NCBI GenBank assembly: GCA_965645245.1
Contig: OZ287075.1
Span: 434,001 to 498,000, forward strand
Length of the DNA: 64,000 nucleotides
Source of the DNA: Massalongia carnosa
Taxonomy: Eukaryota
Direction: 5' to 3'
The notes beneath the pieces were generated by a model. It was not told the DNA's origin. It did no database searches and saw only the letters and a list, made by a program, of their open reading frames with translations. Positions 60,308 to 64,000 of this stretch are shown piece after piece. The translations under genes were made by a program, and so were the position numbers. How positions within the stretch are numbered: position 1 is the stretch's first letter; every line of letters starts with the position of its first letter.

Positions 60308-60351
60308 TAACCAAGTTTGGTAACCAAGTTTGGTAACCAAGTTTGGTAACC
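60308..60351 (+). repeat. 13-bp tandem repeat TAACCAAGTTTGG, 3 copies plus a partial
   Basis: Read directly. Each unit is near-palindromic (ACCAA-GT-TTGGT). Confidence 0.92.
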
Positions 60352-61482
60352 TAGTCAGGTAGCCGAGGCCTTTTGGTTTCCGTACAAGGCACGTGAGAGA
60401 GACCGTCGTGTTTCTTTCGGTTAGAGTGTTGAGGGTTGAGTGAACGTCAAAATACCTACTTATACTTCTGGTGACTGTGAGGCCGGAGTAGCCTGACCGG
60501 GCATTTTGGTGCAAAGTTCTTCCATGCTTCAGGCTAGTTGGTTACGCGTCGCGTGGAAGTGAGAGTGTGCTCGTATACGAAACTGGAGTGCACTCGAAGG
60601 TTCAATTAACTAACTAGGGCTGTCCGTTGCGTGAAGCACCAAAAGCTTCCGGTGAAACAGTCATTACCTTTGCGGGCTCTTGTTTTATGAAGCGGTATAT
60701 TATTTGAATGAGAGAGCGCGGTGAGCGGTGAAAGAGGAAAAGAAAGCGTTACTGATGGATCCAAATGCTAGCGGTCTTGCTTTTATATATGATTACCTGA
60801 TGAGCGAAGAGATGCTTTCGTTTCTTTCCTGTCGACAATGGACCGCAGCGATGTTCGGCTTTCTTCTTAAACTTGCGCCGCTCCTGGCTGGCAGCCCGCG
60901 GTAGCGTACAGTATCCTCGATATCCCAATTACCTGTGAACCAGCCATGGCTTTTCTTGATCGTTTGGGCAAACACTATGTCCATTTCTCTCCATGATTGT
61001 CCGTTCCTCCACCCTTGACTTTTAAGTAGCACGGTGGCCGCTGGGAAACGTGTAATCTGGGAATCATAGCCGCGTGCGAGCGACCATGCACGTAAGCGTT
61101 GGTGATCGCTCGTTGATCATGGCGCTAGAAAGGCGACCATTCTCTTTTAGGGGGCAATCAGGAGGTGGGGACAAGAAACGGGGGAAAGAAAAGAAAAAAG
61201 CAAATGTGCTGCTACTCTTGGTTCACATGTTTGGATTGCTTTTCCTCTTTATGGGGACAAAAAGAGCTGATCTCAGGAGTAGGAGAACAACATCCTCCAA
61301 ATAAACAAAACCTTCGCCGCCAAAGCGCTAGAAACGAAACACCTGCCGTCATCACGCCCTCGTGTATCATTCAACCATGTTCATCTCCGGTTCAGAACGC
61401 CTCGTGTACTCTTGAAACATGACGAAAAAGAATCAAAAGTGCTGCTCGGCGAACAGGGCTTATTTCCTTGAATCTGCTATGA

Positions 61483-64000
61483 TCATCCCCGCTGATCGCC
61501 TTTCCAATCGTACCACTGCGCTATCCCGATGTCGTCTCCAATGGTGGCATCGTCGCCGCCCTGCAGCATGGTATCCTCGTTCTGCTCCTGGCCGGCCATG
61601 CCCTCCATCTCGCTCGCCGTCGGAAACAGGTTCGGGAACCCAATCCCCGGTGAAAACCCAAACTGATCCAGCCCCAGCGTCTCCAGGTCGCCGAAAAGTG
61701 GTGGCTCGGGCAGTTGGTCGCGGCTATGTCCTTCCAACGACGGCCACGCGCTAGAGCCCGCAGCCCCGTGGTTTGGCGCGAAAGGCCCCGTCGTCGGCGG
61801 AGGCCGGTGGTCGGAGAATTGCGTTGGAAACTGGTCGTCGGGGTCGACGATGTCGGCCGTATTGCCGCCAACCTTGTGCGCCGCGAGCTTTAGCAGCCGG
61901 CTCAGCGTGAGCCAAGACCGAGTGGCCGGACCGCTAGTTGTGCTTATGGCGTGCAGCCAGTTGACGGCTTTCTTGGCGTCCAGGAGGATATCTTCCGACT
62001 CCGAAGGCATGTGGGGCGCGCGGTACGCGAGTTCAAGGATCAGCACTGTGCACGCACGTTTCAGGTGGGGATGGAGCAGCCACCAGAGGGGACCGGAGTG
62101 AAAGACTTGGAGGTTAAACCGGTCGGGGAGGTGGGCGAGAATGGCTCGCGCGGCGTGAACACATTTGTTCGCGCAATCTAGATTCAGTTCGTGGGAGTTT
62201 TTGGACTGATGGGGAATGCGGCGGTCAAGCCTGCACAGGCATGGGCGATGGATGATTGCCCTGGTGCTGTTGAACAAGATGCCGAGAGCCGTACGGTATG
62301 CCTCGCTTTGGGGATTTACCGGAGGGGTTTGGACATCAAATGTTTTTGAGACTTTCGTGCTCCATTGGAGGAGCTCCTGGTCGAGTTCTGTTATGCGCTT
62401 CTGGATCTTTGCCCATTTCAGGTGCTTCACTTCCGGAGCGTAGAGTTTGGTTACGGCCGCCTGGGCCAACGTGTTCAATTCGACGTAATAGAGGAAGTAA
62501 GCGGGTGACTTGGCAGAATCGGGCATTGGGGCAGGAATGACGTTGAACGACCCCAAATCGCGAGCTGCCTCCATCGGGGACGGCGCGTGAGAAATATTAG
62601 AGCTTTGGGTATCGGAGAAACTCTCTTTCCGAGTGCTTAGCGACGGCAAAGGGACAGTGCAATCTCGAGCACGGATCATAGAGGGACGACCTGTGATAAC
62701 TGTCAGGGCTCGCTCCAATGAAACCGTCGAGTGCCAAATGCGCCCTCGAAATTCCTTCTCAGCATCGGGTAGCATAGGAGTCACGTTTTGGAGATGCATG
62801 CCAAGAGCCTGTGCGCACCGGATCGCAAGACCAACCGTCGTCCACGCTCTGGGATGATCGGTTAGCCCAGGGGTTTGAAAGATCGTTTTGCTTGGCTCAC
62901 CTATTGATCTGGTGGATTACCGTAAAGTACATGCCGCCCAAGCCGAACACTTGCACCTGGCCATAATATACCAAGTCATTCAGGACCCCCATTTCCACGC
63001 CGAGGATCCGAGCTCTAGCAAAGTAAAGAAGATGATCTCTATCGTCACCAGCCCATTCTGCTCCCGTCCTGTGCGCGTGGACGGCGCCGATGGCGAACAC
63101 CAGTTGGAGAATCGCGAAGAATGTGCGATCTTTGAAGGATTCGTTTTCTTCTAAACCAAAGTGGTCTTCGTACTGTTGGAAAAAACTCGTTTGATCGATG
63201 ATTGGAAAGGTCGGATGGACAGTAACGAAATATACATTAACAAGAGCATCCGCGGTTGCTTTGACAGGTAAACCATAAGGGTCTATTTGATTCCCAACGA
63301 CTGAAGAATCTAGGTCTTCTGAATATGGAAATGATTCTGTACTATCGATTTTCTGCACACTGCGCGCTGATGCAGGACCAATGGTTGGCAGTTTATGCTT
63401 TCTATCCCCTGGATTTGAGCCTGACAGTTCAAGTTCCAGACGTTGTAACCATTTCTCCTCTGACGCTTGTCCTATGAAAGCCTGCGATTTCTTCCCACCG
63501 TCTACTTCCTGGAAATTCTCCTCATTGGCGTTATCTGGAGACCCAACAGATCCGACTCCAGAGACCACGTCTTCACCGCCGCAGTCTATGCTAGAACTTC
63601 TAGAAGCGTTTCTCAACTCTCTATCTTCTCCCAGTTGCGGGGCCTATGCATGTAAGTTGAAGGTGGTCCAGAGAAGGAAAGTACGTTTACCATAAGCAGA
63701 CACGTCTGAATGGCCGTTTGATCATCGTCGTCAACTTGTGGGATGAACCGAAGAAGAAGCTTCTCATAGGCGGCTAGCTTTTGCCAAAGATTCGCCACCA
63801 ACCTAAGCTCATGTTAGCTACGGTCCAGTTTAGCGGAAAGGTCGTCCTAACTTTTTTTCCATATCCCTCTTTCCATCGGCATAAACACAAGGACATCCAA
63901 CGTTCTTGCAATTTTGACAGAACGGTCTTTCTCCAGGACATCTAGTTTTCCTCTGCCGGCATTGTTCGCAAGCCTGGCTGATGCGCTGAATACGTGGCCC
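61483..64000 (-). CDS. Zn(II)2Cys6 transcription factor with fungal-specific middle homology region (5' end outside window)
   Basis: ACEQCRQRKTRCPGERPFCQNCKNVGCPCVY near 63880-63975, YF.TVHPTFPII, and AQALGMH...EKEFRGRIW...LER...TGRPS. At least three introns. Confidence 0.95.

Overview
Eukaryotic DNA from a filamentous ascomycete (Pezizomycotina-type genes; short GT-AG introns with CTAAC/CTGAC branch points), in two parts. Bases 1 to about 16,900 are an accessory, transposon-rich block. It holds the 3' end of a Ty3/Gypsy chromovirus, a broken Tc1/mariner, a PIF/Harbinger element whose two ORFs are each split by a solo LTR with a clean TSD, a third LTR-like piece, and MULE, NACHT and other gene fragments. 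It ends with an intact gene combining an AT-hook-like motif, a (KEKT)n repeat and a PD-(D/E)xK-like domain. Bases from about 19,000 to 64,000 are core genes: a GPI-anchored Cys-rich protein, two conserved hypothetical proteins, HMG-CoA synthase, a HAD hydrolase, a U2-SURP/SR140 factor, another hypothetical, ETF-QO, AIM21, TVP18, NTF2, a small secreted protein, dihydroneopterin aldolase, a two-RRM SR protein, a GDS1-like protein and a Zn2Cys6 factor. The best leads: (1) a 263-bp MITE with perfect 33-bp TIRs, CAC...GTG ends and a 5-bp TSD, which is a Transib/RAG-type signature with RSS-like ends; (2) a 5-exon, 242-aa secreted orphan gene, mostly missed by the ORF track, whose four introns are all phase 0; (3) a predicted poison 3' splice site in the SR gene. 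Family names are from recognition of motifs, not from database searches.
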